64,000 nucleotides of DNA from Eledone cirrhosa (GCA_964016885.1 OZ024747.1:63488001-63552000); one strand, 5' to 3'; shown: positions 1 to 14,191, counted from the stretch's first letter. Made by a program: numbers and translations. The notes: generated by a model from the sequence alone, not told the origin.

Positions 1-121
1 ACGAAAGTTGACAAAGCATGAAAGTGGTGTTTGTAAAATGATTTTCTAAACAGCTGCATGTATGTAGATGCATGTATGTTCCAAATACTGCAAATGTCAA
101 TGTGAATATATGTTACAATGT

Positions 122-157
<36 letters not shown>

Positions 158-404
158 AACTGTTGCTTGCAGGGAAATCATATGTTAAATGGTGATGATA
201 ATGATGTCTATAGAAAATATCTATCTTATACATGCGCACATAGGTAGCATAGGTTCACATATATCTAGCTCTCACTTATTTTGACATTGTAACATATATT
301 CACATTGACATTTGCAGTATTTGGAACATACATGCATCTACATACATGCAGCTGTTTAGAAAATCATTTTACAAACACCACTTTCATGCTTTGTCAACTT
401 TCGT
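1..404. repeat. Perfect inverted repeat, arms 1-124 and 281-404, 156-bp spacer starting with (TA)n; left arm probably extends beyond the window
   Basis: acgaaagttg...ttacaatgtcaa is the exact reverse complement of ttgacattgtaa...caactttcgt. Confidence 0.92.
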
Positions 405-1831
405 TGTGCTTTTAAACTTTTCCCTCCAATTTCTATGCTTTTCTATAATCTTGATTTCTTCTGATATAACCTCTCTACTCAGTCCCTTCATAAACCAAAC
501 CTTATGCTATATTGTTCACATAATTTCCAGATCTTGGAGTTCCCACATTTCCCATTAAGTTTCAAAGTATGTTTAGCTGAAGAAGAAAGGTTTCATGTTT
601 AAAACCTGAAGAAATCTCAGTGAAATTGTACTCACATTTGTTTACTTATTGCGTAAAGTGGGAAAAGATACAATAGATAATGCTATGCAAAGGCATTAGT
701 TTCAGATAACTGTTGCTTAAGGAAGATTTTCACAGTACAAGTTTAAAAGCTTTATTGATAGCATAATGTATTGATGTCCTGTTACTGTGTATCTCTGAAT
801 ATATCTGCTTAGAAAGATTACTTGATCATTAAATTGTTGTGAATATTTTTTTCTAACATAGCTTCATTGTTTTCATCACAATTCAATATCATCATCATCA
901 TCATCTGTCCACTTTGTAATCTGTCATGTGTTGGTTGAGTTGTCATGGTTCAAGACTAGACAGGCTGGAGAATCACATCATGATCATTCAATTTTGATGT
1001 TGTTTCAACAGCTGGCTGCTCATCCCAACACCAACCACTTTAGAGTGTGCTTTTCATGAATTCAACACTCCAACTTTACCTACTGTGTGTGTGTATGTAT
1101 CTATATATGTATACACACGCACACATAATACACACACATATATATGCATGCATACATGGTTCCGTAACTCCTGAAGGAGTCATAGTGGCACCATATAGAC
1201 AAATGTTACTAGGGCATTTTTAAATCTGGTGACACCCAATCCTCTCCAAAGAAAGATAGAGAGTGAGTGAATGGAAGTATATATATAATGATAATAAATG
1301 TGAAGACTAAAATCCAGTGAGGGCTCGATAAGGATTATATATATATAAAATATATATAAACCCATAGAGTTTCTTTGCTTAAACTTTAATCTGTTCTTAT
1401 AATCATCATCATCATTATTTTACGTCCGCTCCCACAGAGCATTTTTACGTCTGCTCCCACAGAGCATTTTTATCATTATCATCATCACCACTTAATGTCT
1501 ATTTTCCATGCTAGCACGAGTTAGAGTTGTCCCATTGTGAGACAAGTCAGATTGTGTGACCATGTCTTTTTCATACAAGACTAATTCTGGCTTGGTTTCT
1601 ATGGTGGGATGCCCTTCCTAATACCATATTTATAGCATGGACTCGGTGCTTTTTATGGTGGCACCAAGATGACCAACTGACAGGTTGTATAGGGTACATT
1701 TTCATTGTATCACCATCACAGTCACCTTACAAGATGGATATTTCACAGGAACACCACACTTTTGAATACTCATATTGTGCTACGATTACTTCCTAGTTTG
1801 TTATACTTAGAGAATTGTGGTTACTCCAAAA

Positions 1832-2210
1832 CAGGAGTCGCCAACCTTTCAGACCTCATGGACCACTAAATTCATGATTGTAAATCCTGCAGACAACTAA
1901 TATGATTTTTTTAAAAAAGATAAATATATTTGTAAAATAATGATCAGAGAACTTCCATTTTATTAAACAGTACTGAAGCGTATATGTGTCATATTGTCAA
2001 TAGATAATACATATGTGTAAATTTCTTTCATGGATGTTAGTTCTTTACTGGGAGAAACATTTTTAGGGGTGTTATAAAATATATTTTAACCAAATATTAT
2101 TTTTGTTTTATTATCAATAAAACATAAATAATGTCTAAATTTTTCTGCAGACCACCAAAATTTTCTCTCGGACTACCCATGATCTGCGGATCACCTGTTG
2201 GTGACAGCTA
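1832..2210. mobile_element. Degraded hAT-Charlie-like MITE
   Basis: Ends caggagtcgccaacc ... tgttggtgacagcta resemble CAGGGGTCGCCAACC-type TIRs; flanks ctccaaaa/ctctagag resemble a Charlie target site. Confidence 0.6.
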
Positions 2211-2252
2211 CTCTAGAGCATGTATAAAATGGGATGTTTGTTTTATCAAATA

Positions 2253-2603
2253 CTCTCAGGTCTTGAATAATCATTCATCCCACCTATTAATTTTTCAGAT
2301 CCCCCCCCCACTTACTTAAACTTTGCTAATCTATCTATTTTATTGTAAATGATTCATATCAATACATCAACTGAAGAATCTAATAATAATTTTATTTTAC
2401 ATTAAAAAAACATTATATACGACACAAAAATAGCATTACTAGAAATCCCATATTTAAGAACATATACTATTAAATTACTGATCCATCCCCCCATTTATTA
2501 CAAGATACCCCACTTATGAGAATTTAACCAAATGTCCAAGCCCCTGCTTATTTCAAACCCCTGCTTATTCCACCACCCCCCTCTATTATTTGGGATCTGA
2601 GAG
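2253..2603. mobile_element. Tc1/mariner-pogo-type MITE
   Basis: ta|ctctcaggtcttgaataat ... attatttgggatctgagag|ta: TIRs with TA target duplication. Confidence 0.65.
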
Positions 2604-5522
2604 TACTTGAAAACTGGAACTTAGCTCACAGAACCCCAGTACTACCTTTGTGAACCCAAGGTCAGGAGCCACTGCACAAAACTGTGATCTGGTTATGTAA
2701 GATTGTACTTTGTATTAACTAAAGTCAACTATAACTCTTACTATTTGAAATAAAAATCATAGTTAGAGTGAACCATTTTACTATACTACACAACTTCTAT
2801 AGGAATTTCTTAATAAAATTCGAAGTTATTTTCAATAGAGAGAAAAGAATCAATAATATAGGCATTTTAATTTCAAATATAAAAATTTGAATTCAATTAT
2901 ATCTATTTTACTCCTTGCAAGAAAAAAAAAAAAAACATCTAAAAATCAGTTTTTTGAAATATGTATGTTCATGTGTATGAATAAAACAAAGTCAGCAAAT
3001 AGGTTATCTCTTGTATATTGAATACTAAGTCTTCTCATAGTATATAGGGCTAAAAAAATATTTCAACGATTATCAATTTTCAAATAATAATAATAAAATT
3101 ATAATTGCTAGAGGCGGGTATTACTACATTAATAAAATTAAATATCATTTGAACCATTACAAGAGAAATAGAATTTTGTTACAAAGATTTTTATATTCAA
3201 GTATCATTTTTTTTAAAATGCATTTTTTTGTTTGTTTTTGATTCTGTTTGTTTGAAAGAAATATGAACCCATGTGCATGAAATATCCCCCAATATTGATC
3301 AAGGTTTAATGCAATTTATATTCTTATTGAATTATTGTAGAGTAGCAATGTAGTTAACCCCTAAATTCAAAATATTTCACTAACATGCTCCTTCATTCAG
3401 GTCAAGTCACTATAATCGTGGTAGAGATAAAATTTGTTTAAAACAGGGGCAACCATGTGATCAGTTTTATCATAGCTCTGGGTCTTCAGAAGGACTTCAT
3501 TCCAGCAGTGGATTTTAATGAATTAATTACTAATTGAACAATACTGTAAGAGCTTCTGAACACAGATGGATACTACCATAGTTATTGTTCTACTAGATAT
3601 TCTTTACTTGTTCCTCTTCTTAATCTTACTAATTAACTTACTCAAGTTTTCTACTAATTCTTATCCTTTGAGAAGATTCATGGCTTAATGGTTAGAGAAC
3701 TAGATTCGCAATCATAAGATTGCCAGCTCGATTCCCAGAGTGAGTGATGTATTATGTCATTGAGCAAGACATTTTATTTCACATTGATCTTTCAGCCAGG
3801 AGTTGAGACCAGTAGATAGTATCAGCAATGGAAACACTAATAGAAACATAGTTTCCTTAGTTGATGAGTTCGATCCCACTAAGTAAGCAAATGAGGTATG
3901 GAATCTTCTCGATAAATTCTCCCACATCCTTTTACTGTGATTCTCGACTCTTGTAAAAATAGTAATTTCTTTAATCACACAATCTTATGGAACAATCTTT
4001 TATCTTCTTGTTCCTCCTGATGGATATAATTTGGGCTCTTTTAAATTTTTCTGCTTATTTTTTCTTTTTCATTTTGAAGCTCCCAACAAATTCAGTGGTT
4101 ACTTGCAACCTGTTGTAATAATTGGTTACTAGCTGTCTTGTTGGTACTTTATTTCATGGGGTCAATAAAATATAGTGCCAGTAACACACAAGGCTCAATT
4201 TAATTTACTTTCCCCTCACCTAATTTGTTGGCCTTGTCCCTAAATCGGAAACCATTATTAAGCTGGTGTTTGGGTCATAACTTAACAAACGTTCTTAGAT
4301 ATAATTATTCTAGGCCTTTAGATAGATATAAACAATTTATAATAGTTTTTTATCACAGAACCAGAAGTATTTTCAGCCAGTTTGCTATCAAAAGTGTTAA
4401 CTAATTTGCAGACACATGTCATTGTGGAGATTTATCAATATGCTTATTACCTGGCAGGTGTGAAAATTGTTCGAGTGAAGCTGTATACAGAGATATTAAC
4501 AACATACAAGTGTAGCACTAATTTGAAATATAATAGGGTATAAGGAGGCCTACTACATGGATTGTAGACAGCTATCATTCTTTAGTAATATAAGAAATTT
4601 ACCTTAATATTGGAAAAACACATACATGAGTTCGATGGAAGGGTTTCTGTTGTCTGATACACTGATTTTAATGGCCATGGCTTACACAAAAGAACTGATT
4701 TTCACCTTGTTTGGCCATGAAAGGCTATTTGATTACTTCAGTGGTGTTGTTATGAAGCATTCAGAAAACGCATTATATCAAGGCCAGCTGTTCCATCCCA
4801 TTATATCCTAAGCATGACCTCACGGAAGAATGTTAAAGTATACTTAGGTTGATGTTGGGATTTCTGACACATACTTTGTTTTCTTCCTCACACATACATT
4901 ATATGTATGTATAATATAACAAAACAAATGACTTGACAAACAGAAACCTTCAATGGGATTGTGCTTATCAATGACTAGAGTTTTACGAATGAGAAATCAG
5001 ACAAACTACTGGAATATATATAATCTAATAGAATGTAGTTAGCGGTAAAGATTGTTTGAGGATCAACCTTATGAAAAGTTAGACAAATAATATCAGCTAG
5101 GCTACTGTCATTCTCAACATCTACAACAATAAATAGCTGAAGTTGTTCTTATACGTTGATAGAATGCTTAATCCTTTCAATACTGATTCACTTAAAATCG
5201 CTTTTGGTTCTATGAAACGTATAAAAACAGCATTAAACAGCATTAAGAAAGAAAAGCTGCAAATTTTCATAATCTGTCCAAAAGTAAAGATACTATAAAC
5301 ATTTTGATTAACACACCCGTTTTAAGATATTTTCTATTAAATCATTACAGGATGTTAAAAGTTAATTTTTTCTAACCTTTTCACTAATCAACTGTCCTCA
5401 CAGTATCATATGTAATAGATTATGTACTGGAACATATCTCGGATTTGGTAGAGATTTCAATATCTGGCATGTATACAATAATAATAACAACCACCAAATT
5501 ACAGTCATCTTTACGCTCACTT

Positions 5523-5592
<70 letters not shown>

Positions 5593-5668
5593 TACATATA
5601 GTGAGGCTACAAAAATATTTATTTACATGAACATTTCACACATGATTCAACATACATCCCTGGCCACA

Positions 5669-5703
<35 letters not shown>

Positions 5704-6228
5704 CATATATATATATATTAGTCAGTGTTTATTGCTTCCAAATATTCTGATTTATAAATGGATTGTTGAAGTAGATAGCTGTGTATACGGTTGGGTGACA
5801 GTTCTAATGTGTGCTAGTCACTCAATCATAAAGGTGAACTATTTGCCACCCTAGTTCCTCATGTTAAATATTATTCCAAAATCCTAATTTATTATTAAAC
5901 TGATCTTCTCATAACATGGTATAGAATTATAGAATCAGTAGATTTATTTTTTTATACCTTTCGATAGTCAATTCCTCATTCTTTCCTGCTTTTATTAATC
6001 TATTCTTTCTATAAGTTTGGCTTAGCTGATAAGCTGTTTGATGGCAGCTAGTGATGAAATTTCTGAAGATTCTTTATAAGTATTTCTTTTTTTTAATTCA
6101 CTTCTTTCCATTTCAGAGAAGTTCCAAAGACATCAATATTTTGTTTTCAATGAAAACTTATTAACTTAAAAGTTTGTACTGTTGTGGAGGGCAGATGGGA
6201 TATATATTCTATGGATCAATGTATACTT

Positions 6229-6262
<34 letters not shown>

Positions 6263-7348
6263 GACAACAGGCATACATACACACATTATTAGTGTATAGA
6301 ATGTATGGTGGATATATATATATAAGATATTGGAAGTATAAAATAGATTGGAAATACTAATCATAGAGATGTAGTGAATGCAAGAGTGTGGCATGGTGTG
6401 GTGTGGTGTGATGTGATGTGAGGATATCACCATACAGTGTGGTGCGGTGCGATGTGGTGCGGTGTGATGTCAAGATATCAACATACAGTGTGGTGAAATA
6501 TGGTGAGTGGTACAGCAGGTTAAACATGAGATGCATGTACGGGTAGGGAGAGATTTCCATCAGTTATAATGCTAACTTGCAATACAGCTGATTAAATGTT
6601 ATCTATTTATTTTTTGTTTTTTCATAAAAATGAATACACATATAATAGTGGGATATGTGAATTACTACAAAATAAAAGGGGGCAAATTTTCCATTTCAAA
6701 TGTTCTGCCATAAAAAAGTAGTTTGGGGTTGTGTATTTAATACTCTTGCTCCAGCCTGTACTTTTAGAACTTTAGTCATGGGTAAATAATCATGGGCTTG
6801 CAAGATACATGTAGTTCATTTGGCTTTCTGAATGACACAACAAATTTCAAAATTTCCTTGAATTTTTTAGTAATTTTTTAGCTTGCCTTATGAAGAGCCA
6901 GATGCTATGCAGCCCACTGCTTGAAAAGAAGTTGCCCATACCTGCTCTAGCATGTACTTTTAGAATGTTGCACATCTTATAATCTCTTTCATTCAGGTAC
7001 TCCCAATTTATTTGTCTTTCCACCTCACATCACACTTCTTGTGTTCAACTCCCCAGGACCCACAGTAATCAAAATGTCCTGAAATGTGGGCCTCTCAAAC
7101 TCCTTCATACCTATATTTTTCTTATTGGTGTCACTTTGCAGTAGTTTAAACATTCTGAGACCAACCTAACCAAAACGAGCTATATTTCTATGAAACAAAA
7201 CCCACTCATTAAAAAGGGTTCTTATATAAATTAAAATCTTCAAACATAATTTTATAGAAGTTATATAATATTATCTTAGTAATGAAAATATTAATTATTA
7301 GTAAATTCCTCAAAATTCTTTATTAATTTATTGAAATAGAGTGTCAAC

Positions 7349-10300
7349 AACATCATCATCATCATTTTACGTCCACTCTTCCCTGCTTGTAAGGGTGGGA
7401 CGGGTCTTATTCAGCACAGCATCTCTCCACTCATCACGGTCCTTCGTTATTTCCACCGTGAGCTTCAATGATCTGAGGTCTGTTCTCACCACCTCCGCCT
7501 ACGTTTTTCGTGGTCTACCTCTACCACGTTTTCCTTCAACTGGCATTTCCTGGCACTTCTTCACCTATCGGTCATCCTCCATGTGCATCACATGTCAATA
7601 CCACCTCAGACTCCTCTCCTGTACACTACATTCTATCCCTCTCAGACACAGTTTCTCTCTCAACACATTCATGCTGGGTCGTTCATGCACATTGACACTG
7701 CACATCTAACGAAGCATGCTTGCCTCATTTCTCTCCAGCCGTCACATATCCTCTGCAGTTGCTGCCCATGTCTCACTACCATGCAACATCACGCTCCTCA
7801 TACAGGCATCATATAACCGGCCTTTCATACACAGGGAGAAACCCTTCTTCGTCAGCAGAGGAAGCAGCTCCCTAAACTTCTTCCAACCCGTCCTTATTCT
7901 AGATACTATGGCCTCGGACCCCCCCCCCCTCATGTTAATCTGATCTCCTAGGTACCGGAAGCTATCCACCACTTCTATAGCACCCGCCTGCATTTGAAAA
8001 ATGTGCCTATCAATGCGACTTCTACTGTCTAATTTCCCTGTACATCTACTGCATAAATATTTCTCCCTACCTGTTAGTTTGCCTGCTATCCCGCTACATC
8101 TCTTGTGTACCCAGGATCTGTATTGTGTGCATTTTATAGAATTTATGCCAGTTCTTTTTCTGCATATCGAACATGGCCATTTCCCTGATGGAATCAGAGT
8201 TTTGTCCTCTTTTCTACTCATCAACACTTTTGTCTTAGCTAGGTTCACTCTCACTCCTCTTGCTTCCAACTGCTGTTTCCATAGCCAGAATTTATTCTCT
8301 AGCTCCTCTACTGATTCTGCTATAAGAACCAGATCGTCAGCATAGAGAAGTTCCCATGGACAGCCAGTCTTAAACTCCTCTGTTATGGCTTAGAGGACTA
8401 TAATGAACAAGAGCGGGCTGAGGACCAAACCTTGATGTACTCCTACTTGTGTCTGGAATTTCTCACTAAACTCCATTCCTACCCTGACTTTACTGACAGT
8501 ACCTCTGTACAAAGTTTGCACTGTCCTCACAAACCATTCCTCAACACCTAGTTTCCTTAGGGACCACCAGATGACAGATCGGGTTACCCTATCAAAGGCC
8601 TTCTCTAGGTCAACAAAGGCTATTTTTCTCTAAGAACCTCTCTTGCAATTGTCTCACCAAGAAGAGGGCATCTGTTGTACTCTTCCCAGGCACAAAACCA
8701 AACTGCATCTCATCTAGTTTGACCCTTTCTCTAATTAGCTGTGCTAATATCCTTTCTGTCACTTTCATAACCTGATCCATCAGTTTCATACCCCTATAAT
8801 TGCTCCACTCCAGAGCATTGCCTTTACCTTTGTAGCAATTTATGAGAATACTGCTGCACCAGTCTTTGGGTATGACACCACCATATATAGCCTGATTGAT
8901 GATGCGTGCAACCAGTTTAGTGCCTACATCCCCTGATGCCTTCAGCATCTCAGCAACTATTCCCGATGGTCCAGCAGCCTTACCATTTTTCATTTCCTTA
9001 ATCGCCTCTTGGACCCTATATTCGTCAATCTCAATAGCTGGTTCCTCTGTCGGATCTACTGAGAGTAATTTCTCTCTCTCCCATTCGTTCTCCACATTCA
9101 TCAGTCTCTCATAATGACATTTCCAGGCCTCCTTTTTCTGATCATTTGTGACACTAAGTACACTGGTATCGTTCCGGACACATTTATCTCCAACAACATC
9201 CTGATTTGCATTGACACACTGCCTTGCAATGTGGAACACCGCACGCCTCTGATCTTCCCATCACAGAACATTGGCAAACCTCCTACTCTCAGCCTCCCTG
9301 CATTCTAAGTACACCTGACGTCTAGCTTCTCTCTTAGTGGCTGTATATTCTTTCCTACTCTCACCCCTTTTCCATGCCTTCCATGCTAGTCTTTTGTCTC
9401 TAATGGCCTTATCTACTGTGCTGTTCCACCACCAGGTCACTCTCTGTCTGGCTAGAGCTCTGCTCCAGCCACAAGTTTTATCAGTAGCCTGCAGTAAGTT
9501 GTCACGTAAGAAATTCCAGTTATTATCTATGTCATACGTCTCTAAATTATCTTCTTTTTCATCATACACATCTTGAAGGGCTTTCCTAAATTTGAATTTT
9601 AGTGAAAGGTCTTTTATCTTCCAGACCTTTCATCTTCACACCTTCCTTTATGTCTCATTCCATCTCTTGCTTACTGAGATATCACTAACGACTAACCTAT
9701 GCTGTGGGGTACATTCTTCCCCAGGGTATGCCTTGGTATTAGACACTATCTGCCTGTCCCGCTGCCTAACTAGTAAGAAGTCAATCTGGCTTATGTGCTC
9801 GCCAGATTTGTAGGTTATTAGGTGGTTGGCAGGTTTCTGGAAGTTTGTATTGCAAATAGTCAGTGTACTTGCATCACAAAATTCAAGAAGTCTCACTCCT
9901 TCTTCATTTCTTGAGCCGTAACCATGCCCACCATATACCCCAGTGTAATCATCCTGGAGCTGTCCAACATGACCATTGAAGTCCCCTGCTAGCATAACGA
10001 TGTCTCCGTCCTCTGTCATTGCGGTTGTTTGTAATAGTTGCTCGTAAAAGCAGTCTTTCTTATCTTTGCCTAGGCCTGCTTGGGGAGCATAGGCCGAGAT
10101 GATTGTCAGTAGTCTCCTGCCTACAACTAATCTAAGCTTAATTATTCGATTACTAACTCGAACTACCTCTATTGTCTTATTGATCCATCTCTCAGCCAGG
10201 AAAATGCCTACTCTCCCTAACACAGAAAAGCTTATAGCTAAGACGCTTGCCTACGACTAGTCTTGCAGAGGCATCTCTCCATCTCACCTCTTGCATGCAG

Positions 10301-10577
10301 CACACATCCACATGCCTTCTCTCCAGCATCTCCGCTATTTCAGCAGATCTACCTCTGAGAGTGCCAATATTAAGTGTTGCAACTCTGAGATGCGACGTCT
10401 TCATATTTTGTTGTTGTTCCTATCTATTTGTTGCTGTGCTAATAAGCGTTTTGGCATTGATACACTGGTTGGATGCCCTTCCTAACACCAGCGCCAATTT
10501 ACAGCATGGACTGGGTGCTTTTATTTGTGCCACCAGTACTAGAGAGGATGTCTTACTAGACTCAAGGGTTCTGCTTG
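7349..10577 (-). mobile_element. Near full-length RTE-clade non-LTR retrotransposon (LINE), disrupted
   Basis: Short 5' UTR, one interrupted APE-RT reading frame, short 3' end and (GAT)n tail at about 7349-7365. Confidence 0.93.
7367..10404 (-). pseudogene. RTE ORF: apurinic-like endonuclease + reverse transcriptase + PHD-like Cys/His finger, broken by frameshifts and stops
   Basis: ATLNIGTL, MQEVRW, SAYAPQ, AGDFNGHVG, SQIDFLL, QHRLVV (APE); KAAGPSGI, NYRGMKL, QFGFVPGKSTTDA, LLYADDL at about 8333-8344, FRYLG (RT); ORF pieces 10192-10404, 9648-10223, 9261-9569, 8610-9239, 7742-8269. Confidence 0.92.
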
Positions 10578-10781
10578 TTAAAAAAAAAAATATATATATA
10601 TATATTTAATAGGATATGTGTTCCTTCACGCACAAGGCGCTAAGGGACGCATGTATTGTCCAACCAAATGCCAATGTGGTTCAATGGCAGGTTAATAAAT
10701 TAACGAGCCAGAACAAGGTTTACCAGATAATGAAAAAGTTTCAAAATAAATTTTAAAAAATTGACTTTACCTACTATAGTT

Positions 10782-10864
10782 ACCTTTACCGATCGGTTTC
10801 GAATCCCAAAAATAAACGGAGACCATACGGCCTTCGTTGCAAAGAAAGATTCTCGTCAGAGAAT
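10782..10864 (-). ncRNA. Hammerhead ribozyme-like motif with long stem II insert (Penelope-like terminus, about 10610-10870)
   Basis: Minus strand: CUGACGA-GAAUCUU...GGGAUUC-GAAA-CCGAUCGG-UA; palindromic stem III, GUA triplet; stem I weak. Confidence 0.7.
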
Positions 10865-11165
10865 ATAAATATAAATATGTATATCATTAGAATTATGGCA
10901 GCAAGAGGGTTAAGCAGAACATTATTGGCATCAATCTCTCCTGTCTCTGAAGGCCTGTGAAAGTCATGGGCACTGCTTGTTACTTCAAACCTAGCAAAAA
11001 AAAAAAAATGCAAAAAAAAAACATAAAAAGGAAAAATATATAAATTCTATAAGATTTTGTACTCGTATCAATTAAGTCTTCTGTTATCATATTCATAGCA
11101 GAATATTTCTATTTTAATTAATTAATGAAAAATTTGGAGGGGTTTCCTAACATCATTTAATTATT

Positions 11166-11343
11166 GGATTGGCAGTATCAGTAGAGAGTCGGATGCTTTG
11201 TAGCATAGAGTTGTGGCCCTTTATGATCTGAGTTCAAATCCCACCGAGGTTAACTTTACCTTTCCTCCATAATCGATAAAATAAAGTACCAGTAATACAC
11301 TGGGATAATTGCTGGCCTTGTGCCAATAGTAGAAACAATTATT
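11166..11343 (+). mobile_element. SINE family A (tRNA-like head, Meta/MESC-like core, ATT tail)
   Basis: ctgagttcaaatccc B-box, ttaactttacctttc...gataaaataaagtaccagt core, gctggccttgtgcc...gaaacaatt end; many copies in window. Confidence 0.75.
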
Positions 11344-11773
11344 TAATTATTAAGATAATATTTGTAACATAACATAAGGTTTGTTATATAAAATCCTTTT
11401 AAAATGGTTGTGTTTTGTTTCATATCCAGAACTGGTTTTGACCAAGTTGTTACTAAAAGGGTTAAAGATGGAGATGCAGGAATGAATGAATAAATAAATG
11501 AATGATGAAAGGAAGGAGTGAATATCTCAAAGAATGAATGTGTGGATATGAAATAGTTGGTGATATTTTGTATATTAAGTAGATTGGCAATACTAATAAT
11601 GATAAGCTAATGTATAGAAACTGAAGCTTATCTCTGATTTTTCACAACATTCTCTTGGCAAAATATATTTATATCCTAATATATAGAATAACCTCCACTA
11701 TTTGCTTGGTGTAAAGGACATAAAAATAGATTATTGTGTGAGATAATATAAGAACAATATATATATATATATA

Positions 11774-11860
11774 CAGGGTGTCCCAAAAATATGTATACAC
11801 ACTTTGCTTACTTTGTTTATTTTGCTATTGAAGTGTGTATACATTTTTTAGAACACCCTG
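11774..11860. mobile_element. 87-bp Tc1/mariner-type MITE
   Basis: ta|cagggtgtccc...gaacaccctg|ta in (TA)n; related copy at 13854-13931. Confidence 0.75.
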
Positions 11861-11955
11861 TATATATAAACACACACACATACGCACACATATATGAATG
11901 AAAAAAATGAAGGCAATGATAATAAACAAAATAAATATAAATATATAGGTGAATA

Positions 11956-12100
11956 TATGGCTGTGTGGTTAAGGGATGTGCTTTGCAGTCATGTGGTTTT
12001 GGGTTCAATCCGACTGTGTAGCTCCTTTTAACTATCACCTCAGTTTGATCAGTGCCTTGTAGGTGGAATTTGGTAGACAGAAACTAATGTAAAAGCCTGT
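11956..12100 (+). mobile_element. SINE family D (tRNA-derived), degraded
   Basis: atggctgtgtggttaagg A-box, gggttcaatcc B-box, gccttgtaggtggaatttggtagacagaaac tail; homologues at 33300-33760 and 44048-44215. Confidence 0.65.
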
Positions 12101-13109
12101 TGCCTCCTCACATCAACCTCTTAAATTCCACCACATTTGTCATTATACATATCATCTTTCTTACACACCTCTCCTATTAAAACCCCTAAACATACCCGCC
12201 TGATGACAAAGGCTCTTCAGTTGTGTCAATAACCAACTGCCTCTCTAGTTATTGATCACAATAAAATATATCCAGTACACTCAGTAAAGTGATTGACACT
12301 AGGAAAGGTATTAAGCTATGAAAATATTTCAAGACAAAGGATTGAGAGGAATCTTCCATTGCATCAATTGTATGACAACCACCCCAGAGCTAGTTCCTCA
12401 ATAAAATGTACCCAATACACTCAGTAGCTATGATTAAGAATTGACATGGTCTGTGTGGACATTCATTCCAGGTTAGCCTGAAAAAGTTAATGGTAAATGA
12501 AGATGGTGAATATGTATGCTTGTGTTTATGTTTATATATACATATGTGTATTTTATATCTCATAACTTTGCTATCTGAGAAACGAGATCAATAAAGTAAG
12601 TACTAGACTTGAAATACAAGTGGCTAGGTTGTTATGATCAACTAAATGCAATGAAGGCAGTGCTCTAGAATGGCTGCAATCTAATAAATTGAAACCAGTA
12701 AAAGATTAAAAGAAGAATACAATAATAATAGCTAACACCTATGTTTGTTCTACAGTACAACATAAGTATCTAAGGTGATATTTCTTACCTCAAAATAGAA
12801 ATTTAGTTCTAGATTGTCCTAGAAATGTGACATGAAATGGGATATATCTTTCATGTGTAAGATATATGTATATATCTAAATGATGATATCTATACACACA
12901 CGTACATATATATATATATATATAATAATAACATTATGAAAGATGCTGTGATTACATAAAGTGTTTATTTATTATAATTATTTCAATGGTTTCCTTACGT
13001 AATCCAAGACGTAGTATTTACATTTGTTGCTGGTATGGAACGATTTATTAGGTGAAATATTCATTTATGTGATATGAATACATATATACACACTTATATA
13101 TACATATAG

Positions 13110-13468
13110 GGGAAGGTAAGGTAATTTAATGATCCGCTTCACTCACAAATGACCATGGGATTTGCACCTAGAAAATTTCCCTCAGAGGTACAAGTCTGGG
13201 CAAGGTTGTTTGTGGGAGACCAGCAGTCACCCATGCATATCAAGTCTTTTCTCTCCATGCCACTGGTATTGTCCAAGGGAAAGGCAATGTCCAATACAGC
13301 TTGACACCAGTGAAATAGAAACTCATTTCAACAGCTAAGTGAACTAGAGCAATGTGAAAAAAAAATAAAGTGTCTTGCTCAAGAACACAATGTAAAGCCC
13401 GGTTAAAGAATCGAGCTCACAACTTAACAATTGTATGCCTGATGCTCTAATCACTAAGCCATGTGCCT
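13110..13468 (-). mobile_element. SINE family B variant (tRNA head, cttgagcaagacact core)
   Basis: Head matches 33777; 3' half matches 63705-63937. Confidence 0.75.
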
Positions 13469-13601
13469 TCACAATATGCACACACACATCCATCATATCA
13501 TATATATATATATAAATATATATATAAATCTGTTCGGGGAAACGCACGCCCTCGAGTATGATTTCCTAATTTGTTGTGGAACTAACTCTGTTTCTCTCTC
13601 C

Positions 13602-13638
<37 letters not shown>

Positions 13639-13853
13639 ATAAATAATACAACTGGTTTTTCCACATTATACATATTGTTAGCACCCCAAACACTAAAATT
13701 GGGTTTATATTTAAATATAACCTAATGTTTGTTGAGTGAGATGGTTACCAGTCAGAGTTTAGTTTTAAACTATCTCTGTTATTGTATTAAATATATATAT
13801 ATATATATGTACACACACACACATATACATACACACAAATACACACACATATA

Positions 13854-13931
13854 CAGGGTGTCCTAAAAAATGTATGCACATATTTATTAGAAATCTGTTG
13901 AAGTGTGTATACATTTTTTGAGGACAACCTA
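13854..13931. mobile_element. Tc1/mariner-type MITE, second copy
   Basis: cagggtgtcctaaaaaatgtatgcaca...tgtgtatacattttttgaggacaaccta. Confidence 0.7.
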
Positions 13932-14120
13932 TATATATATATATATATATATATAAAAACAATCTTTATATTTTTTGCTTGCATTTTTCACTTTCTGCAC
14001 TGTTTCTAAAGACATGAAAGAGTGTCATTTCAACATATGGCACAACATATTTATATGCCATGAAACTGGATTACAATGTTTCTTCTCTGCCTCACCATGT
14101 ATCTATTTTTGTAATCACAC

Positions 14121-14181
<61 letters not shown>

Positions 14182-14191
14182 CATACATGTA

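Noticed and set aside
4626-4811. Protein-like 61-aa ORF (MSSMEGFLLS...FHPIIS)
   Set aside because: No recognisable motif, no convincing splice sites, and a length expected by chance; needs a homology search.
7341-9813. Plus-strand ORFs overlapping the RTE, and minus-strand ORFs over 52977-55033
   Set aside because: Antisense shadows of the retrotransposon reading frames.
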